Source: Auanema rhodensis (taxonomy: Eukaryota > Animalia > Nematoda). From it: a stretch of DNA of 64,000 nt. Below are positions 1 to 12,400 of the stretch, piece after piece. The position numbers and the translations under genes are program-made. The stretch covers positions 18,042,001-18,106,000 of the forward strand of contig OZ059899.1 in assembly GCA_964057225.1 (NCBI GenBank). The letters are read 5' to 3'. Each line of letters starts with the position of its first letter. Within the stretch, counting starts at the first letter, position 1. Below the pieces are notes generated by a model. That model was not told the origin of the DNA, did not search any database, and saw nothing but the letters and a program-made list of their open reading frames with translations.

Positions 1-3000
1 AAACATCTACTTTTTGTGAAATTATTTTGAAATTTTTAGGGAAAATTTTTGTCAAAATGTTTTTGGAAGCAATGTTGAGTGTACATGGAAACTCAACATA
101 CACTAATGCATCATTTTTCAAACGATCATAACTAATTTTTGTATTAAGCGTTTCTCAATGTAGTATAGTGCATTCGAATCGGATTTTTAAGCTGCGTCGA
201 TCTGTGTTATCAGATTTGCGCTAGCTTAAAAATGCACCGAGACATCAACTGATATAAGTTCACACTTATAATCTCGATTTTCACCCTGAAGAATTAATTT
301 TTTTGTTGAATAACATTGTCCATCGTCTTCACCTTGAAAAAAGGAATCTAAAAACATCTACTTTTTGTAAAATTATTTTGAAATTTTTAGGGAAAATTTT
401 TGTCAAAATGTTTTTGGAAGCAATGTTGAGTGTACATGGAAACTCAACATACACTAATGCATCATTTTTCAAACGATCATAACTAATTTTTGTATTAAGC
501 GTTTCTCAATGTAGTATAGTGCATTCGATGCGGATTTTTAAGCTGCGTCGATCTGTGTTATCAGATTTGCGCTAGCTTAAAAATGCACCGAGATATCAAC
601 TGATATAAGTTCACACTTATATCCTCGATTTTCACCCTGAAGAATTAATTTTTTTGTTGAATAACATTGTCCATCGTCTTCACCTTGAAAAAAGGAATCT
701 AAAAACATCTACTTTTTGTAAAATTATTTTGAAATTTTTAGGGAAAATTTTTGTCAAAATGTTTTTGGAAGCAATGTTGAGTGTACATGGAAACTCAACA
801 TACACTAATGCATCATTTTTCAAACGATCATAACTAATTTTTGTATTAAGCGTTTCTCAATGTCGTATAGTGCATTCGATGCGGATTTTTAAGCTGCGTC
901 GATCTGTGTTATCAGATTTGCGCTATCTTTAAAATGCACCGAGATATCAACTGATATAGGTTCACACTTATATCCTCGATTTTCACCCTGAAGAATTAAT
1001 TTTTTTGTTGAATAACATTGTCCATCGTCTTCGCCTTGAAAAAAGGAATCTAAAAACATCTACTTTTTGTGAAATTATTTTGAAATTTTTAGGGAAAATT
1101 TTTGTCAAAATGTTTTTGGAAGCAATGTTGAGTGTACATGGAAACTCAACATACACTAATACATCATTTTTTAAACGATCATAACTAATTTTTGTATTGA
1201 GGGTTTCTCAATGTAGTATAGTGCATTCGATGCGGATTTTTAAACTGCGTCGATCTGTGTTATCAGATTTGCGCTAGCTTAAAAATGCACCGAGATATCA
1301 ACTGATATAAGTTCACACTTATATCCTCGATTTTCACCCTGCAGAATTAATTTTTTCGTTGAATAACATTGTCCATCGTCTTTGCCTTAAAAAAAGGAAT
1401 CTAAAAACATTTACTTTTTGCGAAATTATTTCAAAATTTTTAGGTAAAATTTTTGTCAAAATGTTTTTGAAAGCAATGTTGAGTGTACATGGAAACTCAA
1501 CATACACTAATGCATCATTTTTCAAACGATCATGACTAATTTTTGCATTGAGCGTTTCTCAATGTAGTATAGTGCCTTCGATGCGGATTTTTAAGCTGCG
1601 TCGATCTATGTTATCAGATTTGCGCTGTCTTTAAAATGCACCGATATATCAACTGATATAAGTTCACACTTATATCCTCGATTTTCACCCTGAAGAATTA
1701 ATTTTTTTGTTGAATAACATTGTCCATCGTCTTCGCCTTGAAAAAAGAAATCTAAAAACATCTACTTTTTGTGAAATTATTTTGAAATTTTTCGGGAAAA
1801 TTTTTGTCAAAATGTTTTTGGAAGCAATGTTGAGTGTACATGGAAACTCAACATACACTAATACATCATTTTCTAAACGATCATAACTAATTTTTGTATT
1901 GAGGGTTTCTCAATGTAATATAGTGCATTCCATGCGGATTTTTAAGCTGCGTCGATCTGTGTTATCAGATTTGCGCTAGCTTAAAAATGCACCGAGATAT
2001 CAACTGATATAAGTTCACACTTATAATCTCGATTTTCACCCTGAAGAATTAATTTTTTTGTTGAATAACATTGTCCATCGTCTTCACCTTGAAAAAAGGA
2101 ATCTAAAAACATCTACTTTTTGTAAAATTATTTTGAAATTTTTAGGGAAAATTTTTGTCAAAATGTTTTTGGAAGCAATGTTGAGTGTACATGGAAACTC
2201 AACATACACTAATGCATCATTTTTCAAACGATCATAACTAATTTTTGTATTGAGCGTTTGTCAATGTAGTATAGTGCATTCGAATCGGATTTTTAAGCTG
2301 CGTCGATCTGTGTTATCAGATTTGCGCTAGCTTAAAAATGCACCGAGATATCAACTGATATAAGTTCACACTTATATCCTCGATTTTCACCCTGAAAAAT
2401 TGATTTTTTCGTTGAATAACATTGTCCATCGTCTTTGCCTTGAAAAAAGGAATCTAAAAACATCTACTTTTTGTAAAATTATTTTGAAATTTTCAGAGAA
2501 AATTTTTGTCAAAATGTTTTTGGAAGCAATGTTGAGTGTACATGGAAACTCAACATACACTAATGCATCATTTTTCAAACGATCATAACTAATTTTTGTA
2601 TTAAGCGTTTCTCAATGTAGTATAGTGCATTCGATGCGGATTTTTAAGCTGCGTCGATCTGTGTTATCAGATTTGCGCTAGCTTAAAAATGCACCGAGAT
2701 ATCAACTGATATAAGTTTACACTTATATCCTCGATTTTCACCCTGGAGAATTAATTTTTTCGTTGAATAACAATGTCCATCGTCTTCGCCTTCAAAAAAA
2801 ATCTAAAAACATCTACTTTTTGTGAAATTATTTTGAAATTTTTAGGGAAAATTTTTGTCAAAATGTTTTTGGAAGCAATGTTGAGTGTACATGGAAACTC
2901 AACATACACTAATGCATCATTTTTCAAACGATCATAACTAATTTTTGTATTAAGCGTTTCTCAATGTAGTATAGTGCATTCGAATCGGATTTTTAAGCTG

Positions 3001-6000
3001 CGTCGATCTGTGTTATCAGATTTGCGCTAGCTTAAAAATGCACCGAGACATCAACTGATATAAGTTCACACATATAATCTCGATTTTCACCCTGAAGAAT
3101 TAATTTTTTTGTTGAATAACATTGTCCATCGTCTTCACCTTGAAAAAAGGAATCTAAAAACATCTACTTTTTGTAAAATTATTTTGAAATTTTTAGGGAA
3201 AATTTTTGTCAAAATGTTTTTGGAAGCAATGTTGAGTGTACATGGAAACTCAACATACACTAATGCATCATTTTTCAAACGATCATAACTAATTTTTGTA
3301 TTAAGCGTTTCTCAATGTAGTATAGTGCATTCGAATCGGATTTTTAAGCTGCGTCGATCTGTGTTATCAGATTTGCGCTAGCTTAAAAATGCACCGAGAT
3401 ATCAACTGATATAAGTTCACACTTATATCCTCGATTTTCACCCTGAAAAATTGATTTTTTCGTTGAATAACATTGTCCATCGTCTTTGCCTTGAAAAAAA
3501 AAATCTAAAAACATCTACTTTTTGTGAAATTATTTTGAAATTTTTAGGGAAAATTTTTGTCAAAATGTTTTTGGAAGCAATGTTGAGTGTACATGGAAAC
3601 TCAACATACACTAATGCATCATTTTTCAAACGATCATAACTAATTTTTGTATTAAGCGTTTCTCAATGTAGTATAGTGCATTCGAATCGGATTTTTAAGC
3701 TGCGTCGATCTGTGTTATCAGATTTGCGCTAGCTTAAAAATGCACCGAGATATCAACTGATATAAGTTCACACTTATATCCTCGATTTTCACCCTGAAAA
3801 ATTGATTTTTTCGTTGAATAACATTGTCCATCGTCTTTGCCTTGAAAAAAAAAATCTAAAAACATCTACTTTTTGTGAAATTATTTTGAAATTTTTAGGG
3901 AAAATTTTTGTCAAAATGTTTTTGGAAGCAATGTTGAGTGTACATGGAAACTCAACATACACTAATGCATCATTTTTCAAACGATCATAACTAATTTTTG
4001 TATTAAGCGTTTCTCAATGTAGTATAGTGCATTCGAATCGGATTTTTAAGCTGCGTCGATCTGTGTTATCAGATTTGCGCTAGCTTAAAAATGCACCGAG
4101 ATATCAACTGATATAAGTTCACACTTATAATCTCGATTTTCACCCTGAAGAATTAATTTTTTTGTTGAATAACATTGTCCATCGTCTTCACCTTGAAAAA
4201 AGGAATCTAAAAACATCTACTTTTTGTAAAATTATTTTGAAATTTTTAGGGAAAATTTTTGTCAAAATGTTTTTGGAAGCAATGTTGAGTGTACATGGAA
4301 ACTCAACATACACTAATGCATCATTTTTCAAACGATCATAACTAATTTTTGTATTAAGCGTTTCTCAATGTAGTATAGTGCATTCGATGCGGATTTTTAA
4401 GCTGCGTCGATCTGTGTTATCAGATTTGCGCTAGCTTAAAAATGCACCGAGATATCAACTGATATAAGTTCACACTTATATCCTCGATTTTCACCCTGAA
4501 GAATTAATTTTTTTGTTGAATAACATTGTCCATCGTCTTCACCTTGAAAAAAGGAATCTAAAAACATCTACTTTTTGTAAAATTATTCTGAAATTTTTAG
4601 GGAAAATTTTTGTCAAAATGTTTTTGGAAGCAATGTTGAGTGTACATGGAAACTCAACATACACTAATGCATCATTTTTCAAACGATCATAACTAATTTT
4701 TGTATTAAGCGTTTCTCAATGTAGTATAGTGCATTCGAATCGGATTTTTAAGCTGCGTCGATCTGTGTTATCAGATTTGCGCTAGCTTAAAAATGCACCG
4801 AGATATCAACTGATATAAGTTCACACTTATATCCTCGATTTTCACCCTGAAAAATTGATTTTTTCGTTGAATAACATTGTCCATCGTCTTTGCCTTGAAA
4901 AAAAAAATCTAAAAACATCTACTTTTTGTGAAATTATTTTGAAATTTTTAGGGAAAATTTTTGTCAAAATGTTTTTGGAAGCAATGTTGAGTGTACATGG
5001 AAACTCAACATACACTAATGCATCATTTTTCAAACGATCATAACTAATTTTTGTATTAAGCGTTTCTCAATGTAGTATAGTGCATTCGAATCGGATTTTT
5101 AAGCTGCGTCGATCTGTGTTATCAGATTTGCGCTAGCTTAAAAATGCACCGAGATATCAACTGATATAAGTTCACACTTATAATCTCGATTTTCACCCTG
5201 AAGAATTAATTTTTTTGTTGAATAACATTGTCCATCGTCTTCACCTTGAAAAAAGGAATCTAAAAACATCTACTTTTTGTAAAATTATTTTGAAATTTTT
5301 AGGGAAAATTTTTGTCAAAATGTTTTTGGAAGCAATGTTGAGTGTACATGGAAACTCAACATACACTAATGCATCATTTTTCAAACGATCATAACTAATT
5401 TTTGTATTAAGCGTTTCTCAATGTAGTATAGTGCATTCGAATCGGATTTTTAAGCTGCGTCGATCTGTGTTATCAGATTTGCGCTAGCTTAAAAATGCAC
5501 CGAGACATCAACTGATATAAGTTCACACTTATAATCTCGATTTTCACCCTGAAGAATTAATTTTTTTGTTGAATAACATTGTCCATCGTCTTCACCTTGA
5601 AAAAAGGAATCTAAAAACATCTACTTTTTGTAAAATTATTTTGAAATTTTTAGGGAAAATTTTTGTCAAAATGTTTTTGGAAGCAATGTTGAGTGTACAT
5701 GGAAACTCAACATACACTAATGCATCATTTTTCAAACGATCATAACTAATTTTTGTATTAAGCGTTTCTCAATGTAGTATAGTGCATTCGAATCGGATTT
5801 TTAAGCTGCGTCGATCTGTGTTATCAGATTTGCGCTAGCTTAAAAATGCACCGAGATATCAACTGATATAAGTTCACACTTATAATCTCGATTTTCACCC
5901 TGAAGAATTAATTTTTTTGTTGAATAACATTGTCCATCGTCTTCACCTTGAAAAAAGGAATCTAAAAACATCTACTTTTTGTAAAATTATTTTGAAATTT

Positions 6001-6418
6001 TTAGGGAAAATTTTTGTCAAAATGTTTTTGGAAGCAATGTTGAGTGTACATGGAAACTCAACATACACTAATGCATCATTTTTCAAACGATCATAACTAA
6101 TTTTTGTATTAAGCGTTTCTCAATGTAGTATAGTGCATTCGAATCGGATTTTTAAGCTGCGTCGATCTGTGTTATCAGATTTGCGCTAGCTTAAAAATGC
6201 ACCGAGATATCAACTGATATAAGTTCACACTTATATCCTCGATTTTCACCCTGAAAAATTGATTTTTTCGTTGAATAACATTGTCCATCGTCTTTGCCTT
6301 GAAAAAAGGAATCTAAAAACATCTACTTTTTGTGAAATTATTTTGAAATTTTTAGGGAAAATTTTTGTCAAAATGTTTTTGGAAGCAATGTTGAGTGTAC
6401 ATGGAAACTCAACATACA
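1..6418. repeat. Tandem satellite A, 351-bp monomer, about 18 copies (continues beyond the left edge of the window)
   Basis: AAACATCTACTTTTTG recurs at 1, 352, 703 and so on. Identical spurious ORFs lie 351 bp apart (3438/3789). Monomers differ only by scattered substitutions and one 2-bp deletion near 2795. The array ends mid-monomer at ...CTCAACATACA (6418). Confidence 0.98.
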
Positions 6419-6441
6419 TATTAGTCTGTCCATATTAGTCT
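6417..6441 (+). other. Satellite A/satellite B junction with an 11-bp direct duplication (CATATTAGTCT-GTC-CATATTAGTCT)
   Basis: CATATTAGTCT occurs at 6417-6427 and again at 6431-6441. The first CA (6417-6418) is shared with the end of satellite A. Confidence 0.9.
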
Positions 6442-9400
6442 AAAAACAATTTTTTACTGATATTGGTGCATGGTAACCATGATTTTGAAATTTACGTGAA
6501 CTTTAATTTATGCTAATTAAACGTACACGTGATGTGCACTTGGTATGTAACTCGCTTCACGTGAAAGATAAAGAGATGCGGTTTTTAAAATTAGATTCCG
6601 CATGTCCATATTAGTCTAAAAACAATTTTTTACTGATATTGGTGCATGGTAACCATGATTTTGAAATTTACGTGAACTTTAATTTATGCTAATTAAACGT
6701 ACACGTGGTGTGCACTCGGTATGTAACTCGCTTCACGTGAAAGATAAAGAGATGCGGTTTTCAAAATTAGATTCTTCATGTCCATATTAGTCTAAAAACA
6801 ATTTTTTTTGATATTGGTGTATGGTAACCATGATTTTGAAATTTACGTGAACTTTAATTTATGCTAATTAAATGTACACGTGATGTGCACTCGGTATGTA
6901 ACTCGCTTCACGTGAAAGATAAAGAGATGCGGTTTTCAAAATTAGATTCCCCATGTCCATATTAGTCTAAAAACAAATTTTTTTTGATATTGGTGCATGG
7001 TAACCATGACTTTGAATTTTACGTGAACTTTAATTTATGCTAATTTAACGTACACGTGGTGTGCACTCGGTATGTAACTCGCTTCACGTGAAAGATAAAG
7101 AGATGCGGTTTTCAAAATTAGATTCCCCATGTCCATATTAGTCTAAAAACAAATTTTTATTGATATTGGTGCATGGTAACCATGACTTTGAAATTTACGT
7201 GAACTTTAATTTATGCTACATAAATGTACACGTGATGTGCACTTGGTATGTAACTCGCTTCACGTGAAAGATAAAAAGATGCGCTTTTTAAAATTAGATT
7301 CCCCATGTCCATATTAGTCTAAAAACAATTTTTTACTGATATTGGTGCATGGTAACCATGACTTTGAAATTTACGTGAACTTTAATTTATGCTAATTAAA
7401 CGTACACGTGGTGTGCACTCGGTATGTAACTCGCTTCACGTGTAAGATAAAGAGATGCGGTTTTCAAAATTAGATTCCCCATGTCCATATTAGTCTGAAA
7501 ACAAATTTTTATTGATATTGGTGCATGGTAACCATGACTTTGAAATTTACGTGAACTTTAATTTATGCTAATTAAACGTACACGTGGTGTGCACTCGGTA
7601 TGTAACTAGCTTCACGTGTAAGATAAAGAGATGCGGTTTTCAAAATTAGATTCCCCATGTCCATATTAGTCTAAAAACAAATTTTTATTGATATTGGTGC
7701 ATGGTAACCATGATTTTGAAATTTACGTGAACTTTAATTTATGCTAATTAAATGTACACGTGGTGTGCACTCGGTATGTAACTCGCTTCACGTGAAAGAT
7801 AAAGAGATGCAGTTATCAAAATTAGATTCCCCATGTCCATATTAGTCTAAAAACAAATTTTTATTGATATTGGTGCATGGTAACCATGACTTTGAAATTT
7901 ACGTGAACTTTAATTTATGCTAATTAAATGTACACGTGGTGTGCACTCGGTATGTAACTCGGTTCACGTGAAAGATAAAGAGATGCAGTTATCAAAATTA
8001 GATTCCACATGTCCATATTAGTCTAAAAACAATTTTTTACTGATATTGGTGCATGGTAACCATGATTTTGAAATTTACGTGAACTTTAATTTATGCTAAT
8101 TAAACGTACACGTGATGTGCACTTGGTATGTAACTCGCTTCACGTGAAAGATAAAGAGATGCGGTTTTCAAAATTAGATTCCCCATGTCCATATTAGTCT
8201 AAAAACAAATTTTTATTGATATTGGTGCATGGTAACCATGATTTTGAAATTTACGTGAACTTTAATTTATGCTAATTAAATATACACGTGGTGTGCACTC
8301 GGTATGTAACTCGCTTCACGTGAAAGATAAAGAGATGCGGTTTTCAAAATTAGATTCCCCATGTCCATATTAGTCTAAAAACAAATTTTTTTTGATATTG
8401 GTGCATGGTAACCATGACTTTGAATATTACGTGAACTTTAATTTATGCTAATTAAATGTACACGTGGTGTGCACTCGGTATGTAACTCGCTTCACGTGAA
8501 AGATACAGAGATGCGGTTTTCAAAATTAGATTCCCCATGTCCATATTAGTCTAAAAACAAATTTTTATTGATATTGGTGCGTGGTAACCATGACTTTGAA
8601 ATTTACGTGAACTTTAATTTATGCTACATAAATGTACACGTGATGTGCACTTGGTATGTAACTCGCTTCACGTGAAAGATAAAAAGATGCGGTTTTTAAA
8701 ATTAGATTCCCCATGTCCATATTAGTCTAAAAACAATTTTTTACTGATATTGGTGCATGGTAACCATGACTTTGAAATTTACGTGAACTTTAATTTATGC
8801 TAATTAAATGTACACGTGGTGTGCACTCGGTATGTAACTCGCTTCACGTGAAAGATAAAGAGATGCGGTTTTCAAAATTAGATTCCCCATGTCCATATTA
8901 GTCTAAAAACAAATTTTTATTGATATTGGTGCATGGTAACCATGACTTTGAAATTTACGTGAACTTTAATTTATGCTAATTAAACGTACACGTGGTGTGC
9001 ACTCGGTATGTAACTCGCTTCACGTGAAAGATAAAGAGATGCGGTTCTCAAAATTAGATTCCCCATGTCCATATTAGTCTAAAAACAAATTTTTTTTGAT
9101 ATTGGTGTATGGTAACCATGATTTTGAAATTTACGTGAACTTTAATTTATGCTAATTAAATGTACACGTGGTGTGCACTCGGTATGTAACTCGCTTCACG
9201 TGAAAGATAAAGAGATGCGGTTTTCAAAATTAGATTCCCCATGTCCATATTAGTCTAAAAACAATTTTTTTTTGATATTGGTGCATGGTAACCATGACTT
9301 TGAAATTTACGTGAACTTTAATTTATGCTAATTAAATGTACACGTGGTGTGCACTCGGTATGTAACTCGCTTCACGTGAAAGATAAAGAGATGCTGTTTT

Positions 9401-9495
9401 CAAAATTAGATTTCCCATGTCCATATTAGTCTAAAAACAAATTTTCATTGATATTGGTGCATGGTAACCATGATTTTGAATTTTACGTGAACTTC

Positions 9496-12400
9496 AATTT
9501 ATGCTAATTAAACGTACACGTGGTGTGCACTCGGTATGTAACTCGCTTCACGTGAAAGATAAAGAGATGCGGTTTTCAAAATTAGATTCCCCATGTCCAT
9601 ATTAGTCTAAAAACAAATTTTTATTGATATTGGTGCATGGTAACCATGACTTTGAAATTTACGTGAACTTTAATTTATGCTAATTAAACGTACACGTGAT
9701 GTGCACTTGGTATGTAACTCGCTTCACGTGAAAGATGAAGAGATGCGGTTTTTAAAATTAGATTCCCCATGTCCATATTAGTCTAAAAACTAATTTTTAT
9801 TGATATTGGTGCATGGTAACCATGATTTTGAAATTTACGTCAACTTTAATTTATGCTAATTGAATGTACACGTGGTGTGCACTCGGTATGTAACTCGCTT
9901 CACGTGAAAGATAAAGAGATGCAGTTATCAAAATTAGATTCCCCATGTCCATATTAGTCTAAAAACAAATTTTTATTGATACTGGTGCATGGTAACCATG
10001 ACTTTGAAATTTACGTGAACTTTAATTTATGCTAATTAAACGTACACGTGTTGTGCACTCGGTATGTAACTCGCTTCACGTGGAAGATAAAGAGATGCGG
10101 TTTTCAAAATTAGATTCCCCATGTCCATATTAGTCTAAAAACAATTTTTTACTGATATTGGTGCATGGTAACCATGATTTTGAAATTTACGTGAACTTTA
10201 ATTTATGCTAATTAAACGTACACGTGATGTGCACTTGGTATGTAACTCGCTTCACGTGAAAGATAAAGAGATGCGGTTTCTAAAATTAGATTCCCCATGT
10301 CCATATTAGTCTAAAAACAATTTTTTACTGATATTGGTGCATGGTAACCATGATTTTGAAATTTACGTGAACTTTAATTTATGCTAATTAAACGTACACG
10401 TGGTGTGCACTCGGTATGTAACTCGCTTCACGTGAAAGATAAAGAGATGCGGTTTTCAAAATTAGATTCCCCATGTCCATATTAACCTAAAAACAAATTT
10501 TTATTGATATTGGTGCATGGTAACCATGATTTTGAAATTTACGTGAACTTTAATTTATGCTAATTAAACGTACACGTGGTGTGCACTCGGTATGTAACTC
10601 GCTTCACGTGAAAGATAAAGAGATGCGGTTTTCAAAATTAGATTCCCCATGTCCATATTAGTCTAAAAACAAATTTTTTTTGATATTGGTGTATGGTAAC
10701 CATGATTTTGAAATTTACGTGAACTTTAATTTATGCTAATTAAATGTACACGTGGTGTGCACTCGGTATGTAACTCGCTTCACGTGAAAGATAAAGAGAT
10801 GCGGTTTTCAAAATTAGATTCCCCATGTCCATATTAGTCTAAAAACAAATTTTTATTGATATTGGTGCATGGTAACCATGACTTTGAAATTTACGTGAAC
10901 TTTAATTTATGCTAATTAAACGTACACGTGGTGTGCACTCGGTATGTAACTCGCTTCACGTGTAAGATAAAGAGTTGCGGTTTTCAAAATTAGATTCCCC
11001 ATGTCCATATTAGTCTAAAAACAAATTTTTTTTGATATTGGTGTATGGTAACCATGATTTTGAAATTTACGTGAACTTTAATTTATGCTAATTAAATGTA
11101 CACGTGGTGTGCACTCGGTATGTAACTCGCTTCACGTGAAAGATAAAGAGATGCGGTTTTCAAAATTAGATTCCCCATGTCCATATTAGTCTAAAAACAA
11201 ATTTTTATTGATATTGGTGCATGGTAACCATGACTTTGAAATTTACGTGAACTTTAATTTATGCTAATTAAACGTACACGTGGTGTGCACTCGGTATGTA
11301 ACTCGCTTCACGTGTAAGATAAAGAGATGCGGTTTTCAAAATTAGATTCCCCATGTCCATATTAGTCTAAAAACGAATTTTTATTGATATTGGTGCATGG
11401 TAACCATGATTTTGAAATTTAAGTGAACTTTAATTTATGCTAATTAAATGTACAAGTGATGTGCACTTGGTATGTAACTCGCTTCACGTGAAAGATAAGG
11501 AGATGCGGTTTTCACAATTAGATTCCCCATGTCCATATAAGTCTAAAAACAAATTTTTATTGATATTGGTGCATGGTAACCATGACTCTGAAATTTACGT
11601 GAACTTTAATTTATGCTAATTAAACGTACACGTGGTGTGCACTCGGTATGTAACTCGCTTCACGTGAAAGATAAAGAGATGCGGTTTTCAAAATTAGATT
11701 CCCCATGTCCATATTAGTCTAAAAACAAATTTTTTTTGATATTGGTGCATGGTAACCATGATTTTGAAATTTACGTGAACTTTAATTTATGCTAATTAAA
11801 TGTACACGTGGTGTGCACTCGGTATGTAACTCGCTTCACGTGAAAGATAAAGAGTTGCGGTTTTCAAAATTAGATTCCCCATTTCCATATTAGTCTAAAA
11901 ACAAATTTTTATTGATATTGGTGCATGGTAACCATGACTTTGAAATTTACGTGAACTTTAATTTATGCTAATTAAACGTACACGTGGTGTGCACTCGGTA
12001 TGTAACTCGCTTCACGTGAAAGATAAAGAGATGCGGTTTTCAAAATTAGATTCCCCATGTCCATATTAGTCTAAAAACAAATTTTTATTGATATTGGTGC
12101 ATGGTAACCATGACTTTGAAATTTACGTGAACTTTAATTTATGCTAATTAAACGTACACGTGATGTGCACTTGGTATGTAACTCGCTTCACGTGAAAGAT
12201 GAAGAGATGCGGTTTTTAAAATTAGATTCCCCATGTCCATATTAGTCTAAAAACTAATTTTTATTGATATTGGTGCATGGTAACCATGATTTTGAAATTT
12301 ACGTCAACTTTAATTTATGCTAATTGAATGTACACGTGGTGTGCACTCGGTATGTAACTCGCTTCACGTGAAAGATAAAGAGATGCAGTTATCAAAATTA

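Noticed and set aside
1334-5043. Repeated 62-63 aa ORFs on both strands in satellite A
   Set aside because: They appear only in monomers where a point variant removes a stop. They are low-complexity F/K/I-rich translations of AT-rich DNA with no recognisable domain.
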